Assembly: GCA_965215565.1 (NCBI GenBank)
Contig: CBDCDZ010000004.1
Coordinates: forward strand, 4,256,001 to 4,320,000
From: Trueperaceae bacterium
Lineage (GTDB): Bacteria > Deinococcota > Deinococci > Deinococcales > Trueperaceae
Direction of reading: 5' to 3'
Length of the DNA stretch: 64,000 nucleotides
Below are positions 10,355 through 20,647 of this stretch, piece after piece (position 1 is the first letter of the stretch; every line of letters starts with the position of its first letter). The notes beneath the pieces are model-generated. The model was not told the DNA's origin. It saw only the letters and a program-made list of their open reading frames with translations, and ran no database searches. The position numbers and the translations under genes are program-made.

Positions 10355-10702
10355 TCACGACTCTGGTACGTATTCGGGCGCTCTATCGCCACGCAGGAGC
10401 CGCAGCGCTGTGCCTGGCACGCTCAAGGCGAACAAAAACCAGAAGTTGGCTTCCAGAGGCCAGAGTCCTAAGAGGACCGTGACTTCCGCAGTGAGCGTGA
10501 CCAGCACGAGGCTGAGCGCCACGCTCAGCACAAAGTCGCTTACGGCGTCCAGGTGAAAAACGCTCAGCAGCGCCGCGCCCGGACAGAGCAGCAAGAAGAC
10601 TGCTGTCGCCACCGGACGCACAGAAAAAGGCGGCAGGGTGAGCTGACTTACGCCAGCGAGCAGCGTGATGAAGAGTAGGCTCAGCGCCCAGAGGGTCTTC
10701 AC
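10355..10702 (-). CDS. Small membrane protein (DUF1616-like)
   Basis: Hydrophobic, LLCPGAAL motif, GTGA overlap with the upstream gene. Confidence 0.7.
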   Translation of the reverse strand: MKTLWALSLLFITLLAGVSQLTLPPFSVRPVATAVFLLLCPGAALLSVFHLDAVSDFVLSVALSLVLVTLTAEVTVLLGLWPLEANFWFLFALSVPGTALRLLRGDRAPEYVPES

Positions 10703-12606
10703 GGCTGCGCTCCGGTAGCCAGGGGGCTCAGGGTGAAGACCACCGCGTCTTCGTTCTCAAAAAAGACCTCGAAATCTGGGGAGTCGCGGAGCGCACGCTC
10801 GATGCGCCCCAACGACCCCGGCGGCAGCTCACCCAGCGCGTCTATGTCCGCGCGTTGACCGCGCGTCAAGATGAGGTAGGCGTCCGTGTAGACGCTGCCG
10901 CTCATCCAGGTTTTCATCTCTGCGGCGGGCTGCGCCAGGATGCGCTCGCGCGACGCTAGAGGCTCTCGAGCTAGGGGGACGTGGATGTAGTCTTCGTAAT
11001 GGGTGAATCTCGAGGGGTAGTTGGGCGACCCCTCCACGATGAGCGAGCCTGGGGGGGCGGCGCGGTACATCGTCTGCGCCGCTTCGACCTCTTCCGGTGA
11101 GAAGTAGAACTGTTGCTCCTTGCCGTAATAGGCAACTGTAAAGCCCGCGAGCAGCAGGGCGCTTAGGAGGACGACAGCGGCACTCCGCCACCAAGACATG
11201 TGTGATTCGGGCTGTGCGTTTCGTAGAACGTCCTGTAAAGCAGCTTCATCCTCAGCAAAGAATAAAGACGCCACCCACAGCCCCATAAAAGGCAGCGCGA
11301 AGAGATACACGCGGAATAGGACTTCGCCGCCGTAGGCGTTGCCCGCGAGCACTAAAAAGGGAGCCCCGGTCAGCGCGATGAGCCCCCAATCCGAGCGAGC
11401 ACGCCACCTGAACACGTGACGCGCTACGCCGAGAAATGCCAGCCCCCACACACCAAGGGTCAGCGCGCGACCTGCCAGCGAAACGAGCCGCTGCGCCGGG
11501 CTTATCTCGCTGAGGTTAATGAGCGTACCCTCGATGTTCTCTGAAAGTTGACCGAACGACGAAACCAGGTCTGCGATCTCGGTTCGAAAATAAGGCGTTG
11601 CGCCGTAAACGACCCAGGTCGCGGTCATGACCGCCATGAGCGCGGGTAGACCCAAGGCCCGGTTGCGCGTAAAGAGGATCAGCGCACCTAAACTCAAGAC
11701 GGTGAAGATAGGGGTCAGTTGGTGAGAGGTCGCGATCACCGCGAAGAGCCCTATGAGAAACAGCAGCGCCGCTGCAACCGTAGACTTAGGTGTAGCGGCG
11801 CGGCGCGGTGCGTCCGGCGCGTCACGTACGGCGAACCACCGCGCCGCCACGCCGAGCGCGACGAGGTGAAAAAAGAGCGCAAAGGCTTGCGGTGAGAAGT
11901 AGTCCTGGCCGACCCAACTGGTGATAGTGACGAACCAGAGCGCCAGCCAAACGCGGCGCGGCGAACGTACAAGCGCCCCGAAGAGCACGTAGAGCGCCCC
12001 GAGGTTCAAGAGGTTGAAGAATACAGGAGCCCAGGCTGCGGCACGCGCTACAAGGAGGGCGTTGTCGAGACCAGCAACTCGAAAGAAGAGCGCAACCGAG
12101 GCGAAGAAGCCGGGCCAGTTGTGATAGACGTTCAACGTGTCAATGGTCCGGTCAACCGTACCGTAGCGCAAGATGTAGTCCACGATGCCCACGTGCTTCC
12201 AGGCCCACGAGTAGCGGAGCGTGTCGTAGACCAGCGCGGGCGTGCCGTGCACGATCAGGATGAAGAGCACGAGATGCGAGCCGAGCAACCACCCCGTGAG
12301 GCGCGGCGCGCTGAGCGTCAGCGAAAAACTGAGCGTGAGCACTGCGAGCGAGAGGTAAAACTGCACGGGCAAGATAGACAGAAGCCCGAAGTCGCTTATG
12401 AGGTCGGGATTGAGGGGAAGCGCGAAGTACCATAGTAGCGCCGCGAGCCCGAGGCCAGCGCAGGACAAGCGGGTGCGCCGCGTCGAACGCTGAGGTGAGT
12501 GCTCGGGCGCTACTTGCGGGTGTGCTGGTTGACGCTCCGACCTCTCGCTGGCGTGGTGTTCGAATCTATCCACCACCACGCGGACCTCTCGCGAGCGGCG
12601 GGTCAC
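10699..12606 (-). CDS. Large polytopic membrane protein, putative GT-C/polymerase of the polysaccharide cluster
   Basis: More than 10 TM helices, WKHVGIVDYI, YHNWPGFF, QDYFSPQ; start placed at GTG 12606 overlapping the flippase stop (GTGA). Confidence 0.7.
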   Translation of the reverse strand: MTRRSREVRVVVDRFEHHASERSERQPAHPQVAPEHSPQRSTRRTRLSCAGLGLAALLWYFALPLNPDLISDFGLLSILPVQFYLSLAVLTLSFSLTLSAPRLTGWLLGSHLVLFILIVHGTPALVYDTLRYSWAWKHVGIVDYILRYGTVDRTIDTLNVYHNWPGFFASVALFFRVAGLDNALLVARAAAWAPVFFNLLNLGALYVLFGALVRSPRRVWLALWFVTITSWVGQDYFSPQAFALFFHLVALGVAARWFAVRDAPDAPRRAATPKSTVAAALLFLIGLFAVIATSHQLTPIFTVLSLGALILFTRNRALGLPALMAVMTATWVVYGATPYFRTEIADLVSSFGQLSENIEGTLINLSEISPAQRLVSLAGRALTLGVWGLAFLGVARHVFRWRARSDWGLIALTGAPFLVLAGNAYGGEVLFRVYLFALPFMGLWVASLFFAEDEAALQDVLRNAQPESHMSWWRSAAVVLLSALLLAGFTVAYYGKEQQFYFSPEEVEAAQTMYRAAPPGSLIVEGSPNYPSRFTHYEDYIHVPLAREPLASRERILAQPAAEMKTWMSGSVYTDAYLILTRGQRADIDALGELPPGSLGRIERALRDSPDFEVFFENEDAVVFTLSPLATGAQP

Positions 12607-13931
12607 GCGCGTACGCTCCGGGCGCGGCGCAAGCGGGTGGCGAGGAGCACGCCCATGACTACGCTCTGCGCGAGCAGCCAGGCCCAGCCTACCCCCGTGA
12701 CGCCGTAGCGACCGAGCAGGGCGCTGGAAAACCCTAAAACCAGCAGGCATAAGCCGCTATTCACCCAAAAGATAGCCGCGATGTCGCGTTTGACCCGCGC
12801 CACGCTGATGTAGGTGGAGACCACCACAAAGGGCAGCGCTGAGAGGCTTAAAAGCCTCAGCAGCGTGACGCTTTCAGCGGCGTAGGCGTCGCCGTAGAGC
12901 TGTAAGAGGTAGGGCGCAAGGAGGACGATGAGTGCGACGACGGGCACCATCAGTCCGAGGGTCTGCCGGAGGGTCTGCACACTGTAAGCGCTCAGTTTCG
13001 TCTCGTCTCTCGAGCCCTCTGTCACTAGCGACATCCCCATGTTAAGGCTCACTAGGTAGAGGGTGTCGGCAATCGTCCAAGCTAGATAGAAGTAGGCGCT
13101 CGAGGCCGCCCCGACCCGCTCTAAGATGATGAGCGGCAGCAGGTCAACGGTCCCTATCCAGACGAGCGAACTGAGGTAGTCGCCCGCCACGAAGCGGATG
13201 ATGCCCCTGGGCGTCACTGGGTTGCTCCTTGGTAGACGCTCCTCTGCGCTTTCCAGGTTTGTATCCCTCGGGTTGATACTCCCTATGTTCTGCGTGCTCG
13301 AGCGCACGTGCGCGGGGATGAGACGAAAGAAGATAAGGGCGTTCATCGGGATGATGAGCACCCAGAGCGGAAGGGTCCAAGAGACGAAGACGCCCTGCTG
13401 CGGGAACACGCCGACCAAGAGCACGAGGAGACCGATCTTCGCCGCCGAATAAAAGACGTTTTCTAAAGGCACCCACTTGGACTGCCGCAAACCGATGAGC
13501 ACGCCGTCTTGCAGGACGAAAAGGCACCAGCTCACCGTTGCGAAGACGAACCAGAGCGCTGCGCTGGGACTCTTGAGTGTGCTCAGGCTGGGGGTCCAGA
13601 GATCGAGCCCCCACAAGAAGACCACGCTGCCGCACACCGCCATCGTAATACTCACCGCGTAAGCGCTGAGGATAAGACGCGCCGTGCTGCGCCCGGCTGA
13701 AGGGACAAAGCGGTTTAGCGCGTGGACCAAATTGAACTGCGACACGTTCGCTAAAAAGAACATTGCCGCGAGCGTCGCTGAGCCGAGCCCAACGGCCTCC
13801 GCCGAGTAGAGTCGCGCCGCCGCAATCCAGTAGCCCACACCCAGCACTGAGGTCGCGCCCGAGCTGAGCACCAGCGCGTAGCCGTTCAGTGCCAGCGGCG
13901 CCCTGAGTTGTTCAAACCATCTAGCAACCAT
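12603..13931 (-). CDS. Wzx-like polysaccharide flippase
   Basis: About 12 TM helices, AARLYSAEAVG pattern, GVTGVGWAW C-terminus. Confidence 0.85.
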   Translation of the reverse strand: MVARWFEQLRAPLALNGYALVLSSGATSVLGVGYWIAAARLYSAEAVGLGSATLAAMFFLANVSQFNLVHALNRFVPSAGRSTARLILSAYAVSITMAVCGSVVFLWGLDLWTPSLSTLKSPSAALWFVFATVSWCLFVLQDGVLIGLRQSKWVPLENVFYSAAKIGLLVLLVGVFPQQGVFVSWTLPLWVLIIPMNALIFFRLIPAHVRSSTQNIGSINPRDTNLESAEERLPRSNPVTPRGIIRFVAGDYLSSLVWIGTVDLLPLIILERVGAASSAYFYLAWTIADTLYLVSLNMGMSLVTEGSRDETKLSAYSVQTLRQTLGLMVPVVALIVLLAPYLLQLYGDAYAAESVTLLRLLSLSALPFVVVSTYISVARVKRDIAAIFWVNSGLCLLVLGFSSALLGRYGVTGVGWAWLLAQSVVMGVLLATRLRRARSVRA

Positions 13932-14036
13932 AGTGATCCTCGAGCCCCGTTCGCTGGCTCATCGACGTGCATCCTTTCGTGCTCTTTATACCCTTAGGCG
14001 CACCGCGCTTCGCTCGTCGGCTGCGTTTGCACCATC

Positions 14037-14933
14037 TCAGTCGCGCATCCACACCCGGACATAGTCGATCTCAAAGCTGCTTGGAAAGGGCGTATCCGCG
14101 TTCGGGCTGCCCGGCCAATCGCCGCCCACCGCTAAGTTCGCGATGAGGTACATGGGTTCGTCGGGAACGTACGCCTTGTCGCCCGCGAAGTGCGCCCGCT
14201 TGGTCCCGTTGATATACCAGGTGACGCCCTGAGGTTGCCAATCAACCGCAAACACCTGCCAGCCCGTGAGCGGCTCGGGGCTCCTCCAACTGTGGTCGGC
14301 TCGCTGGTAGTCCCCCTGCTCGTCCAAAAAGTGAAAATTCATGTGCGCGTTTCTAGGGTTGTGACCGAGCACTTCCATGATGTCTATTTCGGGGCGGGCG
14401 TCGTGATCAACCGGCAGCAGCCACAGCGCGGGCCATAGCCCACGACCTGAGGGCATGTTGGCCTTCACCTCGACGTAGACGTGCTTGAAGGTCGCTCTCG
14501 GCTCGGCGCTAAGGTCGTGGGTATCCCGACCCGTCGTGATCATCCCCGATGTGTAGTCGTACGTCTCTCCCCTCGAGTTTTCATTTGAGACGCGCACGCG
14601 CTCCTCTTGCGCCCTCAAGACGAGGTTGCCTCCCTCAACGGTGACGTTCTCGGGCCTGTACCACTGTAATTCGTTGTTGCCCTCGTTGGTGCACCCCTCG
14701 TTATCCCAAGCGTCGTCCCACCAGTAGCAGGTGGTCCACTTGTCCGTATCGAGCGCGTCGCCCTCGAACTCGTCGGAGAAGACGAGAGTCCATTGACCCG
14801 ACTGGCCCAAAGGTGCGGCTGGACCTGGTGTCTCTGAGGGCTGGACGTCTGAAGGCTGATGTTCGGCTCCATAACCGTAGCCAAACCCAAACAGCCCAAA
14901 GAGCATTAAAAGGAAGAAGTACGTGCGGGACAT
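14037..14933 (-). CDS. Secreted GH16 beta-glucanase
   Basis: WTLVFSDEF, GLWPALW, EIDIME and IDYVRVW motifs; signal peptide. Confidence 0.92.
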   Translation of the reverse strand: MSRTYFFLLMLFGLFGFGYGYGAEHQPSDVQPSETPGPAAPLGQSGQWTLVFSDEFEGDALDTDKWTTCYWWDDAWDNEGCTNEGNNELQWYRPENVTVEGGNLVLRAQEERVRVSNENSRGETYDYTSGMITTGRDTHDLSAEPRATFKHVYVEVKANMPSGRGLWPALWLLPVDHDARPEIDIMEVLGHNPRNAHMNFHFLDEQGDYQRADHSWRSPEPLTGWQVFAVDWQPQGVTWYINGTKRAHFAGDKAYVPDEPMYLIANLAVGGDWPGSPNADTPFPSSFEIDYVRVWMRD

Positions 14934-14941
14934 GCTCAAGT

Positions 14942-16051
14942 TTACCCCGAGGGGTCCTTGAAGCCTATCGCCCGCTTGACACCCTCTCGCAACGCGCGGT
15001 CCGCTTTGGTAAGCGGCAGACGCTCCAAGCGGTACTCGTGATGTTCGTACGCACGCGCCCCAAAGCGTTCCTTAAAGTTGGACAAGTTTTCCGACCAGGC
15101 CGATTCACCCATGTGGTAATAGCGGCAGCCCGCCTCGCACGCCTCTTGAATCGCTACGGATTGCAGCAGGTCGTTCGCATTCACGGGTCCTGCCAGCTCT
15201 TTGTCCATCGCTCCCCGGATGTAGTCCGCGTTGTTTTTACCCAGCAGGACAATCGTCGCGGCGACAGGCTGTCCTTCAAACCAAGCGACCCGCACGCGGC
15301 AGGCGTCGCCTAAGACGCGGGCCATGTCGTCAAACTTGCGCTCCGGGTCGCGCGACGAGGTGCGCAGGTGCGAGAGCCAGCGCGGTTCGTTCTGTTGCAG
15401 CGCCCAGCGGTCCACCGAGCGGCGCAAGAGGTCGTAGAAGACGGGGATGAGCTTGCTGCTCCCACACTCGACCACCACGCCCAACTTCTGCGCCTTGCGC
15501 ACCTTGTTGCGAGTTTTGGACAAAAAGCGCTCGCGCCACACCTTATCGAAACCACCCGCTAGGTCGAGGACGTGTTCGCGGCGCGGCACTGCGGTGACGC
15601 CCTCGGGCAGCGCGTCACGCCACAGGTCGCGGCGCAGCGGATTGGGCGAGAGGTTCAGGCTGAGAAAGGAGCGTTTTGCAAGGTCAGCGAACACGGCTCG
15701 CAGCTCTTCGGGGCGAGGTTCGCGCCGCGCCAGCACATCGCCGATACCCCAAGCGTACGGCCACGACGCCTGCACCGCGAGCGGTCCCGGCAGACCTTTA
15801 CGCTTGACGATAGGCATGAGGAGCTGCTGGCCGTCTGCAAACTCGTAGAGGCGGCTCGCGTCCTCGTAGCCGCCGCCCGCGAGGAGGCACTCGAGCCAGT
15901 CAGGGGTTTGCGTCAGGAGCGACTCGGGGTCACGCTCGTACAGTTCTTGCCAGAGCGCTCGAGGCGCGGGCGTGACGACGTCGGTGAGGGTGGCAACCTC
16001 TCCGCTAGACGGCGCGTAGGGACGAAAAGGATTGAGTACGTTCGAATTCAT
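14942..16051 (-). CDS. GNAT/FemAB-like acyltransferase
   Basis: RNKVRKAQKLGV, AIQEACEAGCRYYHMG, FKERFGA. Confidence 0.85.
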   Translation of the reverse strand: MNSNVLNPFRPYAPSSGEVATLTDVVTPAPRALWQELYERDPESLLTQTPDWLECLLAGGGYEDASRLYEFADGQQLLMPIVKRKGLPGPLAVQASWPYAWGIGDVLARREPRPEELRAVFADLAKRSFLSLNLSPNPLRRDLWRDALPEGVTAVPRREHVLDLAGGFDKVWRERFLSKTRNKVRKAQKLGVVVECGSSKLIPVFYDLLRRSVDRWALQQNEPRWLSHLRTSSRDPERKFDDMARVLGDACRVRVAWFEGQPVAATIVLLGKNNADYIRGAMDKELAGPVNANDLLQSVAIQEACEAGCRYYHMGESAWSENLSNFKERFGARAYEHHEYRLERLPLTKADRALREGVKRAIGFKDPSG

Positions 16052-16944
16052 GAAGGCTCATTTCCGTCTGAAGGAGACTGTCTTGGTGTCTGATGTGGGC
16101 TGGCGCTCAGCACGCGCTTGGCGCGGCGCACCAAGCGCCACCCTTTCGTGCGCCACGCCTCACCGCGCGGCGCAACGCGCAAATCGTCGCCTCTGAGGAG
16201 CGCTCCAAAGGTGGCGAGGTCGGCGTCGGCGAACACGATGAGGCGAGCGAGCGCGAAAGGGTCGTCGTGGGGGGCGCTCAGCGCGTGCTTGACCGCGCAA
16301 GCTGACGTGAAGCCGAGGTTTTGAACGAGCGCTTTAAGCGCCGGGCTGTGGTAGCCGTGCGGGTAGGCGAAGCTCGAGATAGCCCCCAGGTGCGCCTCTA
16401 GCGCCCCTTTCGAGCCTGCAATTTCCGCTTTCGCGTCGCCCCAACTGAGCGTGTCAAGCTGCGGATGCGTGCGCGTATGTGCGCCGCACTCAACGCCGCG
16501 TCCGGGCAGTTCGCTGATCTGCTGCCAACTCAGCATCGGTCGGTCGCCTTCACCCTCGGCGGCCAGCCAACGGCTCGTCTGACCGACGTAGTCCGTCGTG
16601 ATATAGAGCGTTGCGGGACAGTCGTAGCGCTCCAGCAGGGGTAGCGCGTCCGTGTAGAAGTCGGCGAAGCCGTCATCGAAGGTGATAGCGACGGGGCGCT
16701 CGGGCAGCCGCGCTCCAGCTATGAGGTGTGCGAGTTGCGACACGCTCAGAGGTGTATAGCCGTTCTCGCGCAAATGACGCAGATGGGACGCAAACAGTGC
16801 GGGGGACACGGCCCAGGGTGCAAAGCGCGGCGAGGTGTGCTCCGAAATACTGTGGTAGAGCAAGATAGGTACCGTCTTAGGGGCGTTACCGGTGTTGCGA
16901 ATTTCATGACGTCCGCCTTGATGGGCGGGGTGAACGCGCGTCAC
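16048..16944 (-). CDS. Polysaccharide deacetylase (CE4/NodB)
   Basis: ILLYHSI, TFDDG, HTRTH, FAYPHG. Confidence 0.92.
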   Translation of the reverse strand: MTRVHPAHQGGRHEIRNTGNAPKTVPILLYHSISEHTSPRFAPWAVSPALFASHLRHLRENGYTPLSVSQLAHLIAGARLPERPVAITFDDGFADFYTDALPLLERYDCPATLYITTDYVGQTSRWLAAEGEGDRPMLSWQQISELPGRGVECGAHTRTHPQLDTLSWGDAKAEIAGSKGALEAHLGAISSFAYPHGYHSPALKALVQNLGFTSACAVKHALSAPHDDPFALARLIVFADADLATFGALLRGDDLRVAPRGEAWRTKGWRLVRRAKRVLSASPHQTPRQSPSDGNEPS

Positions 16945-19343
16945 GGTGAACCCCTAAAGCGTGAGCTAGATTGCGCCACAGGATGCGCCACGGAGTGCGC
17001 CCCCGTAGTGAAGTCCGTCGTGCGGTCCCCAACGGGGTTTGGGGTGAGGCGTGTGTGACGCGAATGCCAGCGGCTGCGCAGATACGCGAGAGGACCGACG
17101 AGCATCCCTCGGCGCTCGAGCCCGTTCAGCTCTTTCGGATAGTCGCCGCGCTTCTTGACATTTTTCGGTGAGGTTGGGCTCAGCGTGTAGAGGATAGCGC
17201 GGGGCACGAGGGGGAGAACGTGAAGGAGGCGCTTAGGCTTGTCCAAGAGGGTCTTGGTCAAGAACGCGGTCAAACCGACGCCGTAGCCGTACGCCTGCCG
17301 CTGCAATCCAGCGTAGTCGCGGCGGTGATGGTGATGTACGATGGCCTCGGGCTGATACACGAGCGCATAGCCGAGGTTCACGGTGTCGAAAAAGGCGGCT
17401 AAGTCGTCGCCGCCGACCCCTCGGCTGCCCGCGCCGAGCGCGGGGTCGAAGCCGCCTAGCTCGAGCAGCGCCTCGCGCCGAAAGGCCATGTTTGCGCCCG
17501 AGCCGAAGACCCCGGCGGTATAGGGGTAGAGGGGGCTCCGGGGGCGGTGACGGTTCAGGTCGAAGACGCGCCGCTCAAAACCCTTGCTAAAGCCGCCGTA
17601 CTGCTCGAGCCAGACCTGCGCGGGCGTTTCCAGCTCTGCTGGCGTGATCATGCCCGTGACGCAGCCGACCTCTGCCCCGACTTCTACCCCAACCTCTGCG
17701 GCGTCAAAGCCAGCGACGAGTGCGCTGAGCCAGTTTTTGTCCACTCTCACGTCGTCGTCGGTGAACGCGAGGAGGCTCCCTTGCGCTTCGGTGAGACCTC
17801 GGTTGTGCGCGGTGGCGAGGCCAGGCGTATTTTCGCGCACGTAGTGAACCTCGGGATAGTGGTGCTGGAGCAGTTCAAACGTCGCCGCGTCTTTAGGCGC
17901 GTTGTCCACTACGATCACCTCATAGTGGGGATAGTCGAGTGCGGCGAGCGAATCCAAGCAGAGTGCGAGGCTCTGCGGGCGGTTGTGGGTCGCGATGATC
18001 ACGCTGACGAAGGGCGTATCTGGCGCGCCTGTTGGATTCGCGCCTCGTCCGGGGAGTGCAGGGGACACCCCTGCGGCGCTCAAGCGAACCTCCGTTTGCG
18101 TTTCTGAGCTAAACTCAGCCGTTATTGCGCCGCCGAGTTCAGCCCAAATGAGCGTCGCTAGCGCCTGGGCGCTCACGCCGGAGCCGAGGGCAACCTCGAG
18201 CAACCCTAGAGGCTTGCCGCGCAAGCGCACTAAGAGGAACGCCCTTTCGTAACGCTCACCCGACGCGGTCCGCGCCCGGCTCAACGTGGGCAACGGCTCG
18301 CTCAACTCTAGCTCTAAAACCTGTGTGGGTCCGGGGGTCGCTCGCACCTCTTCGCCTGAATGTCGCTCAGACAAAGGAGCACGTCTAAGCGTGGCGTTGA
18401 GACGGCCCACAAAGTATCCCGCCGAAGTGATCCCTAATCCCAAAAGGATTGCAGCCGCGCTCGCTAACCCCACCGAGTCAGGATTCGAATCGCGGTGACG
18501 CCCTAAGAAACGTTTTGAGAAGGCCAGCACGCCCCGCTTCACGCCCTCGGGCAAGGTTTTAAGCGTGTAGTCGCGCTCCGTTGCCAAAGCGTCTTGCGCC
18601 CCGACCAAACGCGCCACCCGCGCCTTCGAGCGCCCTTCAGCGTAGCAGCGCCTCATAAAGTAGCGGAGCGTGGTGCGCTCCTCACTTACGCGATGTGAGA
18701 CGCGGGCGCTAGGGTTGTAGAGGAGCGTCCCCGGAAGCTGCTGCTGAATACGGATACACAGCTCCGTCTCCTCGCACCCCTCTGGCAGGGTGCCGACGCG
18801 CCCCATCTCGGTGCGAAACGTACCGACGCGCTCCAAAACGTGACGCCGAAACGACATGTTGCACCCGATGAAGTTTCGCACGGGTGCGGCCTCTTGCGGC
18901 GTGCCCGTGTGCGAGCACCCCACCACCCATAAGAATTCGTTAGGAAACCAAGCCGGCTTGCGCTGAGGCCATAGAGGAAGCGCCGCACCGCCCACACCGA
19001 GAATCGAGGGGTCTAGGTAGCTCGCAGCAAGGTGCGCTAACCAGTCTGGTGCGGCCACCGCGTCGTCGTCCAAAAACGCGGTGACGTCGCCCTGGGCGGC
19101 GGCGGTCCCGCTGTTTCTCGCGTCGGATAGCCCTCTTACCCCCCGATTCTCGAGGATGACGAGCCCAGCATGTTCCCACGTTTCGCGTGCTCGGGCTAGG
19201 AGAGCCTTGTTGTGGTCGATCACCAAGATGATCTCGTAGGCGGGTAACGTCTGCGCTTCGACGGACGCTATCGCGGCGCTGAGGTGGGACCAGCGGGCTT
19301 CCGTATACGCGCAGAGGACGACTGAGAATGACGGCGGCGTCAC
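16941..19343 (-). CDS. Tandem two-domain GT2 glycosyltransferase
   Basis: Two GT2 modules: FLDDD/GCNMSFRR and FTDDD/GANMAFRR. Confidence 0.92.
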   Translation of the reverse strand: MTPPSFSVVLCAYTEARWSHLSAAIASVEAQTLPAYEIILVIDHNKALLARARETWEHAGLVILENRGVRGLSDARNSGTAAAQGDVTAFLDDDAVAAPDWLAHLAASYLDPSILGVGGAALPLWPQRKPAWFPNEFLWVVGCSHTGTPQEAAPVRNFIGCNMSFRRHVLERVGTFRTEMGRVGTLPEGCEETELCIRIQQQLPGTLLYNPSARVSHRVSEERTTLRYFMRRCYAEGRSKARVARLVGAQDALATERDYTLKTLPEGVKRGVLAFSKRFLGRHRDSNPDSVGLASAAAILLGLGITSAGYFVGRLNATLRRAPLSERHSGEEVRATPGPTQVLELELSEPLPTLSRARTASGERYERAFLLVRLRGKPLGLLEVALGSGVSAQALATLIWAELGGAITAEFSSETQTEVRLSAAGVSPALPGRGANPTGAPDTPFVSVIIATHNRPQSLALCLDSLAALDYPHYEVIVVDNAPKDAATFELLQHHYPEVHYVRENTPGLATAHNRGLTEAQGSLLAFTDDDVRVDKNWLSALVAGFDAAEVGVEVGAEVGCVTGMITPAELETPAQVWLEQYGGFSKGFERRVFDLNRHRPRSPLYPYTAGVFGSGANMAFRREALLELGGFDPALGAGSRGVGGDDLAAFFDTVNLGYALVYQPEAIVHHHHRRDYAGLQRQAYGYGVGLTAFLTKTLLDKPKRLLHVLPLVPRAILYTLSPTSPKNVKKRGDYPKELNGLERRGMLVGPLAYLRSRWHSRHTRLTPNPVGDRTTDFTTGAHSVAHPVAQSSSRFRGSP

Positions 19344-20177
19344 CTAGCCCGATTCTCCGGACGCAACCCGGCCCGCCCCGTGAGCGTTGACGCGGTGGCC
19401 CTGACCTGCCCGGTTGCGGTAGGGCTGGTTGCCTAAAGGCCGCTGCTCGAGCCGCTGTGAGGGTTGCGGTCTGAGCCGTTCGCGCACGATCGTGCGCAAC
19501 ACTCTAAACCCGTCGGCAAAGGTGCGCAGGTTGCTCGAGCCGTGGAGCCGCTCCGCTTCGAAACTCGGCAACTCGACGATGCGGCAGCCGACACGGAGCG
19601 CTCTGATATTAAGCATCGTCTCGATCTCGAAGCCTGTCCCGTCAAGTTCCAAAAGCGGGACGACGTCAGCCCAAAATGCACAGTAGCCGTAGCAGAGGTC
19701 GGTGAACTTGCCCCCGAAAAGGAGCTTGACTAAAACGGTGAAAAACCCGTTGCCGAGCGAGCGTAGTGCCGAGATATCGTCGGTGCCTGCCCCCTGCATA
19801 AAGCGCGACCCTTTCGCAAAATCAGCGCCGTCGCGCAAGTAGCGCACGAACAGCCCCATCTCTTCGGGTTCAGTCGAGCCGTCCGCGTCCATCATCACGA
19901 TGATGTCGCCCTTCGCTGCGGCAAAACCGGCTCGCAGCGCCGCACCTTTGCCGCGCTGCGACGCCAAGAGCACGGTCACGTCACCGCGCAGCTCAGCCGC
20001 TAATTCCGCCGTGCCGTCCGTTGAATGTCCGTCAACGACGATGACCTCTTTGACCCACACCGGGATGCGTGAGAAGACGAGAGGGATATTGTCCACCTCG
20101 TTGAGCGTAGGGATGATAACGCTCACACTAGGGCGCTTAGGCCTGGTGACTTGAGTCAAATTACTGATATGTACCAA
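19344..20177 (-). CDS. GT2 glycosyltransferase, polyprenol-phosphate glycosyltransferase (DPM-synthase)-like
   Basis: SVIIPTLNE, VDGHSTDGT, GKGAAL, DADGS, GSRF. Confidence 0.9.
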   Translation of the reverse strand: MVHISNLTQVTRPKRPSVSVIIPTLNEVDNIPLVFSRIPVWVKEVIVVDGHSTDGTAELAAELRGDVTVLLASQRGKGAALRAGFAAAKGDIIVMMDADGSTEPEEMGLFVRYLRDGADFAKGSRFMQGAGTDDISALRSLGNGFFTVLVKLLFGGKFTDLCYGYCAFWADVVPLLELDGTGFEIETMLNIRALRVGCRIVELPSFEAERLHGSSNLRTFADGFRVLRTIVRERLRPQPSQRLEQRPLGNQPYRNRAGQGHRVNAHGAGRVASGESG

Positions 20178-20611
20178 CTCCTCTAACTTTGTTCAACCAA
20201 AACTTCCTCTAACACGCTGTACCCGTAAGTTCAGTAAAGAGGATAAGAGGTCACACATAGCGTGATATAGAAATCAAACGCTCATACGCTCCCCTGTGTG
20301 AGAAATTTTACATCTTTCACACAAGTGAGAATGCTAACATTAACAATTCATTAAATTGCAACTGTAGAATGTTGACATTTAATTCAGAACATGAATTACG
20401 GATAATTTTTAGGTTAAGCGTCGCTTTAGTGAGGGCGTCTCTCAATGCGGTGAGGCTTCGGCGCATTTCAGCCTGCGAAACAGTCTTTACCTGAGGTCTA
20501 CGCGCTCTTTTCGGCTCAGTCTCAAAGCACCTGACGAAGCAGCATCTTACGAGGCTACGTAAACGCTATGTCAACGAAACTTTGCGAAGCGCGCTGTGAA
20601 ATCTGTCGAGC

Positions 20612-20640
20612 TTGCCTAACGAGCGTTCGTTTGCTATAGT
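20612..20640 (+). promoter_or_regulatory. sigma70 promoter of paaR-paaABCD with a PaaR-type operator
   Basis: TTGCCT-17 nt-TATAGT. CTAACGAGCGTTCG (20616-20629) fits the Thermus PaaR box CNAACGNNCGTTNG. Confidence 0.8.
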
Positions 20641-20647
20641 ATTCTCA

